Positions 30,154 to 40,569 of a stretch of 64,000 bases of DNA are shown in pieces (position 1 is the first letter of the stretch; each line of letters opens with the position of its first letter). The position numbers and the translations under genes were made by a program. The notes under the pieces are model-generated. The model had not been told where the DNA came from. It did no database searches and saw nothing but the letters and a program-made list of their open reading frames with translations. This DNA comes from an uncultured Chloroflexia bacterium (lineage in GTDB: Bacteria > Chloroflexota > Limnocylindria > Limnocylindrales > CSP1-4): NCBI GenBank assembly GCA_963746845.1, contig CAVVCZ010000004.1:960001-1024000 (forward strand), given 5' to 3'.

Positions 30154-31691
30154 ATGCACGGAACACGATCCGGACCCCGAACCTTGCTCACCGGCCTGGC
30201 GCTCGTCGCCATCCTCGGGACCGCCTGCAACAGCGCCGCCACGCCGAGCCCGAGCGCCTCTGAGGCCGCGGCCGGCCCCTCGTCGGCGCCAGTCGTCACC
30301 CCGAGCCCGACCCCGCTCCTGACGGCCGCTCCCATCGATGCGAGCGTGCCCGGCCCCAACGGCGGCCAGATCATCCGCTGGTTCGTCGGCCTGGGCGCGG
30401 GTGGTCAAGCCGCAGCAGATCCGGCGCAGACCGACTTCGTCACCAAGTTCAACGACGATCCCGGCGAACAAGGACAAGGCGTACATCTCGCTCGAGATCT
30501 ACGACAACAAGGTCGCGACCAACATCCTCAAGACGCAGATCGCCGCCGGCAACGCGCCGGACATCATCGGCCCGGTCGGCGTCGAGGGGCTGAACCTGTT
30601 CATCGACCAGCTGGCCGACCTGCAGCCGCTCATCGACTCGACCAGCTACGACATGAGCAGGTATCCGGCCGCGATGAAGGACTTCTTCAAGATCGGCAAG
30701 GGCGGTGCGACGATCGGCGTGCCGTTCGGCACCTACCCGTCGTTCCTCTGGTACAACACGAAGGCGTTCGACGAGGCCAAGCTCCCGTACCCGCCGACCA
30801 AGGTCGGCGACCTGTACCAGGGCAAGCCGTGGGACATGAACACGGTTCGCGACCTGGCCATGAAGCTCACCGTCGACAAGGCAACGGCAACGACGCAACC
30901 AGCCCCGGCTTCGACCCTCAGAAGGTCGTCCAGTGGGGCTTCGACTCCCAGTGGAACGACAAGAGCCCGACGGGCTGAGCAGACGCTCTTCGGCGCCGGC
31001 TCGTTCCTCGCCGACCGACGGCAAGACGGCCCAGATCCCGGACACCATGCGCACCGCCGATCAATGGTTCAACGACGGCGTCTGGAAGGACCATTTCATC
31101 CCGACCGAGAACGCGATCCAAGAGCGACCTGCTGGGGAAGGACAACGAGTTCGCAGTCGGGCAACCTCGCGATGAACGAGGTCCACACGTGGTATTCGCG
31201 TGCTGCGTGAACCCGGCGGCCCCGGCCAAGCCGATCGTCGGTGACAACTTCGGCTGGGCGGTCGCCCCGTCGTTCAACGGCAACACCACGGCCAAGCTGC
31301 ACGCCGACACGTTCAGCATGCTCAAGACCACCAAGCACCCGGACCAGTCGTTCAGCGGTCCTGTCCGCGCTCGCGGCCTCCGGCGATCTCGCGACGATCT
31401 ACGGCGCGATGCCGGCCGACCCGACCCAGCAGCAAGCCGTTCATGGACGCGACCAACGCGGCCTACCCGACGGCGAAGCTCGACTGGTCCGTGCCGACGG
31501 CAGAGCTAGCGAACTTCCCGACATCCCCAACCACCAGTCATGGGTCCCGGACTATGCCAAGCGAAGGCCGCATGGCAGGCCTTCGGATCAGTACCGGACC
31601 ACCCGAGCGTCGGATATCGACGCCGAGCTCGACACGCTGAAGACAACGCTCCAGGGCATCTTCGACGCTGCGCCCGGACAAGAACCCCTAG
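30154..31691 (+). CDS. Sugar ABC substrate-binding lipoprotein, broken by many frameshifts (sequencing error or pseudogene)
   Basis: Lipobox LGTAC. In-order segments (IRWFVGLGAG, QIAAGNAPDIIGPVG, LWYNTKAFDEAKLPYPP, AKLHADTF, YGAMPAD, LQGIFDAA) alternate among three frames. Probable TAG at 31689-31691. Confidence 0.8.
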
Positions 31692-31708
31692 TTACCCTCC
31701 TCCTCCAG

Positions 31709-31748
31709 CGCCCTCCCGGGTCGGTACCCCCAACCACCCGGGAGGGCG
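31709..31748 (+). terminator. Intra-operon hairpin downstream of the binding-protein gene
   Basis: 13-bp stem CGCCCTCCCGGGT / ACCCGGGAGGGCG, with no U-tract. Confidence 0.6.
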
Positions 31749-31799
31749 ACGTCTCCCCCAGCCCATCCGAATCGCGGACCACGGAGCCCGAACCCACCG

Positions 31800-32759
31800 A
31801 TGAGCGCGACGATCGAGGAACTGCCCACGAGGCCCGCGCCCGCCGGTCGCCCGTTCGTGCTCCGTCCGTCCGTCCGCGAGGCGCTGTGGGGTTACGTGTT
31901 CATCGGACCGTGGCTGATCGGCCTCGTGCTGTTCATCGCCGGTCCCATGATCGCGTCGCTCGTGATGTCGCTGACCGACTTCAACCTCGTCCATCCCGAG
32001 ACGACCAAGTTCATCGGCATCGACAACTACGTCCGGATGACGAACGATCCGACGATCGGCCAGTCGCTGATCGCGACCCTCAAGTTCGCGTTGCTCGCCA
32101 TCCCGATCACGATGGGTGCGAGCCTCGGTTTCGCCCTGCTGCTGAACCACCCCAGGATGCCGGCCAAGGGCGCGCTGCGCACGCTCGTCTACATGCCGAT
32201 CATGATCCCGCTCGTCGCCTCGACGCTCGTGTGGATGGGGTTCCTCAACACCGAGACGGGATGGCTCAACGAGATCCTCGGCTTCTTCGGGCTGCCGCAG
32301 CCCGACTGGATCAACAGCGAGACGTGGATCTACCCGGCGCTCTCGCTCATCGGGCTGTGGGCGATCGGCAACTTCATGATCATCAACATCGCCGGCCTCC
32401 AGTCGGTGCCGACCGAGCTGTACGAGGCGGCGCGCATCGACGGCGCGGGGATCTGGCAGTCCTTCCGCCGGATCACGATCCCGCTGATGTCGCCGGTGCT
32501 GTTCTACAACCTGGTGATCATCCTGATCGGCACGTTCCAGTACTTCACCCAGGCCTACGTGATGACCAACGGCCGGGGCGATCCGAACAACGCGACGCTG
32601 TTCATCAACCTCGTGCTGTTCCGCGAAGGGTTCGTGTTCAACCACATGGGCTACGCGGCGGCCATCGCCTGGCTGCTGTTCGTCATCGTGCTCGTGCTGA
32701 CCATCGCGCTGTTCGGCTTCGCCCGTCGACGCGTGTACTACGCCGGCAGCGAGCGATGA
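31800..32759 (+). CDS. Carbohydrate ABC permease (CUT1)
   Basis: EAA motif ELYEAARIDGA..FRRITIPLMSP and multiple TM segments. Confidence 0.95.
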   Translation: MSATIEELPTRPAPAGRPFVLRPSVREALWGYVFIGPWLIGLVLFIAGPMIASLVMSLTDFNLVHPETTKFIGIDNYVRMTNDPTIGQSLIATLKFALLAIPITMGASLGFALLLNHPRMPAKGALRTLVYMPIMIPLVASTLVWMGFLNTETGWLNEILGFFGLPQPDWINSETWIYPALSLIGLWAIGNFMIINIAGLQSVPTELYEAARIDGAGIWQSFRRITIPLMSPVLFYNLVIILIGTFQYFTQAYVMTNGRGDPNNATLFINLVLFREGFVFNHMGYAAAIAWLLFVIVLVLTIALFGFARRRVYYAGSER

Positions 32760-33877
32760 TCGGTCGCAGCGATGACCACGGCGCGCAGACACACGAGACC
32801 CGCGAGAAGACGCAGGGCCGGGCCTTCAGCGAACGCGGTCCCGTCGCCCGCTCGTATCGCCGGTTCCTCGGGCGATCGATGCTGTTCATGTTCGCGCTGG
32901 TGATCATCAGCACCCTCCTGCTCCCGATGCTGTACATGGTGACCACGGCGTTCCAACAGCCCGGGCAGTCGACCACGCCCGGCGCACCGGTCTGGCCGGC
33001 CTCCCCGCAGACGGCCCAGTACCAGGGGCAGGACTACCCCGTGTACACCGTGCCGTTCCCGGACGGGACGACGCGCCGACTGATCCTGATCGAGCCCGGC
33101 CGTGAGTCGAGCGTGTTCATCGATCCGACCGACGCGACGCAGACGCCGATCGAGTGGCAGGGTCGCTGGCGGACACTGGAGCAGGCGTGGACCTTCGCGC
33201 CGCTCATCGACAACTTCACGACCGCCTGGAATCAGCTGAACTTCCCGCGGCTGCTGCGGAACACGGTCGGGATCGCGCTGCTGAGCACGATCGGCGCAGT
33301 CCTGTCGTCGATCCTCGTCGCCTACGGGTTCGCGCGCTTCCGCTTCCCCGGCAAGAACGCGCTGTTCGTCGTGCTGATCGCGACGATCATCCTGCCATTC
33401 CAGGTCACGCTCCTGCCGCAATACGTGCTGTTCACGTGGCTGGGCTGGAACGGGACGTGGCTGCCATTGATCATCCCCCATTGCTTCGCCAACGCCTACA
33501 ACGTGTTCCTGCTGCGCCAGTACTTCCTGTCGATCCCGCGCGAGCTCGACGAGGCCGCGATGATCGACGGCGCCGGCCCGTTCCGGATCCTGCGCTCGAT
33601 CATCATTCCGCAGTCGATCCCCGCGATCACCGCGGTCAGCCTGTTCCACTTCTTCTTCGCCTGGAACGACTTCTTCATGCCGCTGCTGTACCTCGGGAGC
33701 AAGCCCGAGCTCCAGCCCCTGTCGATCGCGATCCAGCAGTACAACGCGCTCTACGCGAGCCAGCCCACGCTCATCCAGGCGTCGGCGCTGCTGACGATGG
33801 CCGTCCCGATCGTCGTGTTCTTCCTCGCCCAGCGGGCGTTCATGCGGGGCGTGGTCGTGACCGGGGTCGACAAGTGA
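32756..33877 (+). CDS. Carbohydrate ABC permease (CUT1) with an extracellular insertion
   Basis: Motifs AYGFARFRFPG, IPRELDEAAMIDGA and FFFAWNDF; ATGA overlap with the upstream gene. Confidence 0.95.
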   Translation: MIGRSDDHGAQTHETREKTQGRAFSERGPVARSYRRFLGRSMLFMFALVIISTLLLPMLYMVTTAFQQPGQSTTPGAPVWPASPQTAQYQGQDYPVYTVPFPDGTTRRLILIEPGRESSVFIDPTDATQTPIEWQGRWRTLEQAWTFAPLIDNFTTAWNQLNFPRLLRNTVGIALLSTIGAVLSSILVAYGFARFRFPGKNALFVVLIATIILPFQVTLLPQYVLFTWLGWNGTWLPLIIPHCFANAYNVFLLRQYFLSIPRELDEAAMIDGAGPFRILRSIIIPQSIPAITAVSLFHFFFAWNDFFMPLLYLGSKPELQPLSIAIQQYNALYASQPTLIQASALLTMAVPIVVFFLAQRAFMRGVVVTGVDK

Positions 33878-36180
33878 CGGAGCCCTGGCCGACGATCCCT
33901 CGCGCCGCGTGGCAGCGCGGGATCGGGGTGCCGTGCGACGACGTCGGCCATCCGCGGGTCGACGGGCCGATCCTCGACGACGGCGAGTTCTCCGGCGTCC
34001 CGATCGGCGGGCTCGGCACGGGGAGCATCGGGCGAACCTACCGCGGCGACGTGGCCCGCTGGCACCTCGAAGTCGGCAAGCATCGCCACGAGCCGGTGGC
34101 CGCCGACGGCTTCTCGCTGTTCGTCGCAGGCCCCGACGGAGCCCGCGCAACCGTCCTCTCCGCGCTGCGCCCGGCCGAGCTGCCCGACTGGGGCTGGACG
34201 CTGCCGGTCGGCGGCGGGACCTACCACGCGCTCTTCCCGCGGGCGTGGCAGACGTTCGAGCCGGAGGCACTCGGCATCCGGGCGATCGGCGAGCAGCTGT
34301 CCCCCGTCATCGCCGGCGATCTCGAGCGGAGCGCGATGCCCGTCGGGGTGTTCGAGTGGTGGCTGGAGAACCCCGGGCCCGACCCACTGACGGTCGGGCT
34401 CCTCTTCACCTGGGCCGATCCGTTCGCGGCGGCCGGGCCCGCGGCCCCGCGGCCCCACACCGTGGTCCGCGAGGACGGCGTCGTCGCGGTCGCGTTCGGC
34501 GATGCGGCCGACGGCAGCCCGACGGCCCTCCGCGGCTCGCTCGCGATCGCGGCCCTCGGCGACGACGGCGTCGAGCTGTCGGCGCGGCCCTGGTTCGACC
34601 CGGTCGCGGACCGCGACCTGTGGGCCGACTTCGCCGCGGACGGCCGGCTCGACCCCGACGCGGCCGACGCGGCCGCCCCATCCGAACCCTCCATCGGCGG
34701 CGCGGCGCTCGCGGCCACGCTGGCCCTCGCCCCCGGCGAGCGCCGCTCCGTCCGGTTCGCGATCGCGTGGGACCTGCCGGTCGTCGAGTTCGGCGCCGGC
34801 CGGCGCTGGTGGAAGCGCTACACCCGGACCTGGGGACGGACCGGAACCCGCGCGCTCGACCTCGCCCGGCATGCGCTGACCGAGGCCCCGGCCTGGCGTC
34901 GCGCGATCGAGGCGTGGCAGGACCCGTATCTCGACGATCCTGGCCGCCCCGACTGGTACGTCATGGCCCTCTTCAACGAGCTCTACTTCCTCGTGGACGG
35001 CGGGTCGTTCTGGGAGCACGGCGAGGTCGGCGGCCCGGATCCGGGACCCGACGACGTCGGCCGGTTCGCGCTCCTCGAGTGCGTCGACTACCCGTTCTAC
35101 GACACGGTCGATGTCGACTTCTACGCATCGTTCGCCCTCCTCGACGTCTTCCCGGAGCTCGAGCAGCGTGGGATCCGCGACCTCCTCGACGCGATCCCGG
35201 TCGACGATCCGGAGATCGTCACGATCGAGGCGTCCGGGACGCGCGCGCCGCGGAAGATCGGCGGGACCGTCCCGCACGACGTCGGCGGCCCGGGGGACGA
35301 CCCGTTCCATCGCCCGAACTGGTACCGCTTCCAGGACGTGAACGACTGGAAGGACCTGGGCCCGAAGTTCGTCCTCCAGGCGTGGCGCGACGCGGTGGCC
35401 GCCGGCCCGGCCGGCGCTGCCCTGATCCGGGACGCCTGGCCGACCGTCGACGGCGTCCTGACCCGGCTGACGAGCTTCGACCGCGACGGCGACGGCCTCC
35501 TCGAGCACGACGCGCGACCCGACCAGACCTACGACACGTGGCCGATGCGCGGCCCATCGGCGTACGCGGGCTCGCTCTGGCTGGCGGCCGTGGCCGCGGC
35601 CGAGGCGATGGCCCGCCGGCAGGGGCTCGTCGAGGCGGCGGCCCGCTGGGAGGGCTGGTTCGAGCGCGGCCAGGTCGCCTTCGACCGGCGCCTGTGGCGC
35701 GGCGACCATTACGCCTACGACGGCGGCGACGGACCGAGCTCCGAGAGCATCATGGCCGACCAGCTCGCGGGCCAGTGGTACGCCGACGCGACCGGTCTCG
35801 GCGACATCGTGCCGCGCGAGCGGGTCGACGCGGCCCTCCGGACGATCCACCGGACGAACGTGTGCGGGTTCGCCGATGGGCGGATGGGCGCGGTCAACGG
35901 CACGCGCCCGGACGGCTCCGTCGACACCTCCAGCGAGCAGTCCGCGGAGGTGTGGGTCGGGACGACCTACGCCCTGGCCGCGTTCATGATCGGCCGCGGG
36001 CTGGCGAACGAGGGCTGGGAGACGGCCCGTGGCGTCGTCGCGACCACGTACGAGCGGGGCCTCTGGTTCCGGACCCCGGAGGCGTACGACCGGGACGGGA
36101 ACTTCCGGGCCTCGATCTACCTCCGGCCGCTCGCGATCTGGGCCATCGAGGAAGCCCTCCGGCGCAACGAAGGACGCTGA
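33874..36180 (+). CDS. GH116-family glycosidase (GBA2-like beta-glucosidase/xylosidase)
   Basis: Motifs GVPIGGLGTGSIGR, ALFNELYFL, FALLECVDYPFYDTVDVDFY, WKDLGPKFVL, PDQTYDTW and LWFRTPEA. Confidence 0.92.
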   Translation: MTEPWPTIPRAAWQRGIGVPCDDVGHPRVDGPILDDGEFSGVPIGGLGTGSIGRTYRGDVARWHLEVGKHRHEPVAADGFSLFVAGPDGARATVLSALRPAELPDWGWTLPVGGGTYHALFPRAWQTFEPEALGIRAIGEQLSPVIAGDLERSAMPVGVFEWWLENPGPDPLTVGLLFTWADPFAAAGPAAPRPHTVVREDGVVAVAFGDAADGSPTALRGSLAIAALGDDGVELSARPWFDPVADRDLWADFAADGRLDPDAADAAAPSEPSIGGAALAATLALAPGERRSVRFAIAWDLPVVEFGAGRRWWKRYTRTWGRTGTRALDLARHALTEAPAWRRAIEAWQDPYLDDPGRPDWYVMALFNELYFLVDGGSFWEHGEVGGPDPGPDDVGRFALLECVDYPFYDTVDVDFYASFALLDVFPELEQRGIRDLLDAIPVDDPEIVTIEASGTRAPRKIGGTVPHDVGGPGDDPFHRPNWYRFQDVNDWKDLGPKFVLQAWRDAVAAGPAGAALIRDAWPTVDGVLTRLTSFDRDGDGLLEHDARPDQTYDTWPMRGPSAYAGSLWLAAVAAAEAMARRQGLVEAAARWEGWFERGQVAFDRRLWRGDHYAYDGGDGPSSESIMADQLAGQWYADATGLGDIVPRERVDAALRTIHRTNVCGFADGRMGAVNGTRPDGSVDTSSEQSAEVWVGTTYALAAFMIGRGLANEGWETARGVVATTYERGLWFRTPEAYDRDGNFRASIYLRPLAIWAIEEALRRNEGR

Positions 36181-36186
36181 GCCGCC

Positions 36187-39048
36187 TCAGGGGCTCCGGG
36201 CGAGAGCGACCGCCTCCGACATCGACATCGCCCGCCCGGCGCTCCACGCGGTCTCGACCGCGTCGGCCGCGAGCATCGTGCGCAGGCGCATGACGAACCG
36301 TTCCATCTCCGGCTCCTCGTCGAACGCCATCGGGGCCGCCGCGGCCTCGCGGATCGCCTCGGCCGCACCAAAGAGCCGGGCCGCCCGATCCGGCCGATCC
36401 TGGTCGATCGCGACGTACGCGACGTTCTCGAGCTGGTTTGCGACGGCGCCACGGTGGCCGAGGTGGACCCATCCGCCGATCGTGTCGCGGTAGACGGCCT
36501 CGGCCTCGTCGAGCCGGCCCCCACGCCGGAGGGCGTGGGCCAGATCGCTCTTCGCCGCGAGACCCAGCCGCACGTCGCCGAGCTCGGCGAACCGGGCGAT
36601 CGCGATCGCGAACCGGGCGGCCGCCCCGTCGGTCTGACCGGTCGCGCCGAGCATCCGGCCATGGGCGATCGACACGGCGCCGATGGCATACGGGCTGCCG
36701 GACCGTCGGGCCGCTTCGTCCGCCCGGAGCACGAGCGCCTCCGCGGTCGACGGATCGGCGGCGGCCAGGCCCGCGCCGGCGAACCCGGCGGCCATGCCCA
36801 GCATCCACCAGTTGCCGGCCCGTTCGGCGAGGGCCACGCTCTCCTCGAACAACGGCCGGACCGTCTCGCCGCCGCCGGTGAACACCATCGCCACGCCGAG
36901 GCCGCTCCGTGCGATGAGGCGGGCCTCGATGTCGCCACTCGCGTCGGCCAGCGGGAGCGCGTCGCGGCCCCACTCGAGCGCGGGCCGGGCCTGACCCCCC
37001 ATCGCCCAGATCCGGGCCGCCTCGCCGAGCAGCCGGGCGGCGAGCGCCTGATCGGCCGGATCCGCCGCCGGGTTCCCGACCGTCCGGGCACGGGCGATCT
37101 CGATCGCGGCGACGACGCGGGCCTCGTTGTCGGTCGACGCCACGCGGACCGCCCAGTACGCGAGCAGCGCGGTCGCCATCCGGACCGCGGCCCACGGCTG
37201 GGCCTCGAGTCCCCACTCGAGCGCCGCGCCGAAGTTCTCCGCGTCCGCGTCCATCCGATCGAGCCAGTCGACCATGGCGGGCCCGCGCAGCTCGGGCTCC
37301 GCCGCCACGGCCACCTCGGCGAACGTGGCGAAATGGCGATCCGCGAGCGCCTCGACCTCATCGGCCTCGATCAGCTTCTCGCGCGCGTACTGACGGATCG
37401 TCTCGAGCATCCGGAACCGGGTGCTCGGCCCGCGATCGACGATCACGAGGCTGCGGTCGACGAGACGGGTGAGCTCGTCCAGCAGCTCGACCTCGTCGGT
37501 GGCCCCCTCGCCGTCGCCCACGATCCGCGCGGCGGCCTCGACCGTCCAGCCACCGGCGAAGATCGACAGCCGCCGGAGCAGCCGGCGATCGGCATCGGTC
37601 AGGAGGTCCCAGCTCCAGTCGATGAGCGCATGGAGGGTCTGCTGGCGCGGCACCGCGGTCCGCCGACCGCCGGCGAGCAGCCGGAAGCGATCGCCGAGAC
37701 GGCGCGCGATGTCGTCGGGCGACATGACCGAGACCCGCGCCGCGGCGAGCTCGATCGCGAGCGGGATCCCGTCGAGACGCCGGCAGATCTCGGAGATCGA
37801 TGCGACGTTCGCCGCACCGAGCGTGAAGCCGGGGTCCACGGAGGTCGCACGGTCGAGGAAGAGACGGACCGCCTCGGTCCCGGCCGCCGCATCGATGTCG
37901 ATCGCCTCGTCCTCACCGCCCGGTGCACGCCGCGGGGTCGACACCGGGCACGACAGCGACTGGAGGTGGACCACGGCCTCGCCGGAGATCGCCAGGGCCT
38001 CCCGGCTCGTGGTCAGGATGCGGAGCCGGGGCGCCGTGGCGAGGAGCCGCTCGGCGATCCCGGCGACCGCATCGACGAGATGCTCCGCATTGTCGAGCAG
38101 GAGCAGGAGCTCCTTGTCGGCGAGGAACGCCCCGACCGTGGCGAGCGCCGGCTGACCGGGGATCTCCGGCGCCCCGAGCGCCCGGGCGATCTCCGATGCG
38201 ACCTGCGCCGGGTCGCCGAGCGGGGCCAGCTCGGCGAGCCACGTGCCGTCGGGGAACTCGTCCGCGAGCCGGCCCGCCGCCTCGAGCATCAGCCGCGTCT
38301 TGCCCGTGCCGCCGGTCCCGATGAGCGTCACGAGCCGGTGCCGGGCGACGAGGGCCTCGACGTCGGCGAGCTCCCGATCCCGCCCGACGAACGACGTCAG
38401 CTGGACCGGCAGGTTCGTCCGGCGGGTGCTCAGCGAGCGCAGGGCCGGAAAGTCCCGGGGCAGGTCCGCCGCGATCACCTGGAAGACCTGCTCGGGCCGG
38501 TCGAGGTCGCGCAGGCGGTGCGACCCGAGGTCGCGCAGCTCGGTGCCGTCCGGGAGGCGGTCTCCCGCGAGCACGACCGCCATCGCCGACACGAGGATCT
38601 GGCCGCCGTGGCCGATCGCGAGGATCCGGGCCGAGCGGTTCAGGGCAGGTCCGAAGTAGTCACCGTCGCGGACCTCGGCGGTTCCGGCGTGGATGGCCAT
38701 CCGGACCCGCAGCGCCCCGATCGCGCCCCAGTCGGCGTCGCGCAGCGCCCGCTGGCCGTCGAGGGCCGCCGAGAGCGCGGCGGGCGGATCGTCGAACACC
38801 GCCAGCAGGCCGTCGCCGGTCGTCTTGATGACGGACCCGCCGTTGCCCTCGACCGCCGCGCGGAGGATCGCGTCGTGGAGGGCCAGAGCGCCGGCCATCG
38901 CCGGGGCCTGCTCCTCCCAGAGCCGCGTGCTCCCCTCGATGTCGGTGATCAGGAAGGTGGAGAGGGCGCCCGACGACGCCGGCACCGACCCGGCACCCTG
39001 GCGAGCCGGCGACGGGGCCACGGACCGCGCGGCGGACGGCTCGATCAT
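36187..39048 (-). CDS. Class III nucleotide cyclase + STAND (NB-ARC-like) ATPase + TPR protein
   Basis: Cyclase motifs TDIEGST, KTTGDG, GDYFGPALNRSAR; ATPase motifs GTGGTGKT, LLLDNAEH, TTSRE, LDGIPLAIELAA; helical repeats; no HTH. Confidence 0.92.
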   Translation of the reverse strand: MIEPSAARSVAPSPARQGAGSVPASSGALSTFLITDIEGSTRLWEEQAPAMAGALALHDAILRAAVEGNGGSVIKTTGDGLLAVFDDPPAALSAALDGQRALRDADWGAIGALRVRMAIHAGTAEVRDGDYFGPALNRSARILAIGHGGQILVSAMAVVLAGDRLPDGTELRDLGSHRLRDLDRPEQVFQVIAADLPRDFPALRSLSTRRTNLPVQLTSFVGRDRELADVEALVARHRLVTLIGTGGTGKTRLMLEAAGRLADEFPDGTWLAELAPLGDPAQVASEIARALGAPEIPGQPALATVGAFLADKELLLLLDNAEHLVDAVAGIAERLLATAPRLRILTTSREALAISGEAVVHLQSLSCPVSTPRRAPGGEDEAIDIDAAAGTEAVRLFLDRATSVDPGFTLGAANVASISEICRRLDGIPLAIELAAARVSVMSPDDIARRLGDRFRLLAGGRRTAVPRQQTLHALIDWSWDLLTDADRRLLRRLSIFAGGWTVEAAARIVGDGEGATDEVELLDELTRLVDRSLVIVDRGPSTRFRMLETIRQYAREKLIEADEVEALADRHFATFAEVAVAAEPELRGPAMVDWLDRMDADAENFGAALEWGLEAQPWAAVRMATALLAYWAVRVASTDNEARVVAAIEIARARTVGNPAADPADQALAARLLGEAARIWAMGGQARPALEWGRDALPLADASGDIEARLIARSGLGVAMVFTGGGETVRPLFEESVALAERAGNWWMLGMAAGFAGAGLAAADPSTAEALVLRADEAARRSGSPYAIGAVSIAHGRMLGATGQTDGAAARFAIAIARFAELGDVRLGLAAKSDLAHALRRGGRLDEAEAVYRDTIGGWVHLGHRGAVANQLENVAYVAIDQDRPDRAARLFGAAEAIREAAAAPMAFDEEPEMERFVMRLRTMLAADAVETAWSAGRAMSMSEAVALARSP

Positions 39049-39055
39049 CCGGCGA

Positions 39056-40276
39056 TCACGGTCCGCCGAGTCTGCGACGGTCGACGAACCGGCCGATCCG
39101 GCGGAGTGCCTCCTCGAGGCCCTCGTACGACGTCGCGTAGCAGGCCCGGACATGACCCTCACCCGACGGCCCGAACGCGGATCCCGGGACGACCGCGACG
39201 CGCTCCTCCTGGATGAGCTCCTGGGCGAACGCCTCCGACGAGAGGCCCGTCGCCGACGTCACCGCCGGGAAGGCGTAGAACGCGCCCCGTGGCTCGAACG
39301 TCCGGAGGCCCATCGCGTTGAATCCGTCGACCACCAGGCGGCGCCGGCGGTCGTACTCGGCGCGCATCCGCTCGACGTCCGCCTCGCCGCCGGTCAGTGC
39401 CTCGAGCGCCGCGTCCTGGGCCGTCGTCGGGGCGGACATGATCCCGTACTGGTGGATCTTCACGATCCCCTCGAGGATCGCGGCGGGCGCGGCGAGCCAG
39501 CCGACCCGCCAGCCGGTCATCGCATAGGCCTTGCTGAACCCGCCCATCAGGACGGTCCGCTCGCGCATCCCGGGTAGGGCGCTGAACGCCCGATGGCGGT
39601 GATCGCCGTAGACGAGCCGGTCGTAGATCTCGTCGCTGTAGACGAGCAGGTCGTGCCGGTCGGCGATCGCCGCCAGCTCGTCCTGGACCGCGTCCGGCAG
39701 GACCGCGCCCGTCGGGTTGCACGGGTAGCCGAGGAACAGGGCCTTCGTCCGGGGCGTGATCGCCGCCTCGACCGCCGCGGGATCCAGAGCGAATTCGCGA
39801 TCCATCGTGGTCGAGACGAGCCGGACGGTCCCGCCGGCGAACACGACCGCGGGCACATAGGCGACGTACGAGGGCTCGTGCAGGATCACCTCGTCGCCGG
39901 GGTCGATCGTGGCTCGCAGGGCGAGGTCGACCGCCTCGGACGCGCCGACCGTGATCAGGAGCTCGGTCGCCGGGTCGTACGTGACGCCGGAGCGCCTCTC
40001 GAGGTGGGCGGCGAGGGCCCGCCGGAGCTCGATCGTCCCGTAGTTGCTCGTGTAGTGGGTCCGGCCGTTGTGGAGCGACCGGACGCCGGCGGCGACGATC
40101 CGCTCCGGGGTGTCGAAGTCCGGCTCCCCCACCCCGAGGCTGATCACGTCGTCCATCGTCGCGGCGATGTCGAAGAACCGCCGGATCCCCGACGGCGGGA
40201 CGGCGCGGACGCGCTCGGCGAGAGCGCGCTCGGCGAGCGGCAGACGAGCGGCGACGGCGGGCTGCTCGATCGACAT
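39056..40276 (-). CDS. Class I/II PLP aminotransferase (aspartate aminotransferase-like)
   Basis: Motifs SLGVGEPDFDTP, PCNPTG, SDEIY and GFSKAYAMTGWRVG. Confidence 0.93.
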   Translation of the reverse strand: MSIEQPAVAARLPLAERALAERVRAVPPSGIRRFFDIAATMDDVISLGVGEPDFDTPERIVAAGVRSLHNGRTHYTSNYGTIELRRALAAHLERRSGVTYDPATELLITVGASEAVDLALRATIDPGDEVILHEPSYVAYVPAVVFAGGTVRLVSTTMDREFALDPAAVEAAITPRTKALFLGYPCNPTGAVLPDAVQDELAAIADRHDLLVYSDEIYDRLVYGDHRHRAFSALPGMRERTVLMGGFSKAYAMTGWRVGWLAAPAAILEGIVKIHQYGIMSAPTTAQDAALEALTGGEADVERMRAEYDRRRRLVVDGFNAMGLRTFEPRGAFYAFPAVTSATGLSSEAFAQELIQEERVAVVPGSAFGPSGEGHVRACYATSYEGLEEALRRIGRFVDRRRLGGP

Positions 40277-40348
40277 GTCGAGGCGAAGACTACGCGATCG
40301 GGGGACCCTCGGCCGTTCGCGGGCTCGCGGTGAATCGCTCCCGCCGGG

Positions 40349-40552
40349 TCAGGCCGGACCGGACGCGATGACCGCCGAGGCGTCGGCCACGACCCGGGCA
40401 GCACCGACGACCGCCGCCGCGAGCAGCGCCACACGGGCGACGACGGCCAAATTGGTCGAGAACGCCACGAACACGAGGCCGCCGAGCGCCGCTCCGATCC
40501 CCGCGACGGCGACGAAGAAGTCGTGCCACGCGTCCGGTTCGAGGCCGTGCAT
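40349..40552 (-). CDS. Short hydrophobic ORF, possibly a truncated membrane protein
   Basis: 67 aa beginning MHGLEPDAWHDFFVAVAGIGAALGGLVFVAFSTNL; fills the gap between gatA and the aminotransferase. Confidence 0.5.
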   Translation of the reverse strand: MHGLEPDAWHDFFVAVAGIGAALGGLVFVAFSTNLAVVARVALLAAAVVGAARVVADASAVIASGPA

Positions 40553-40569
40553 GGTCGGCGGCGTTGACG

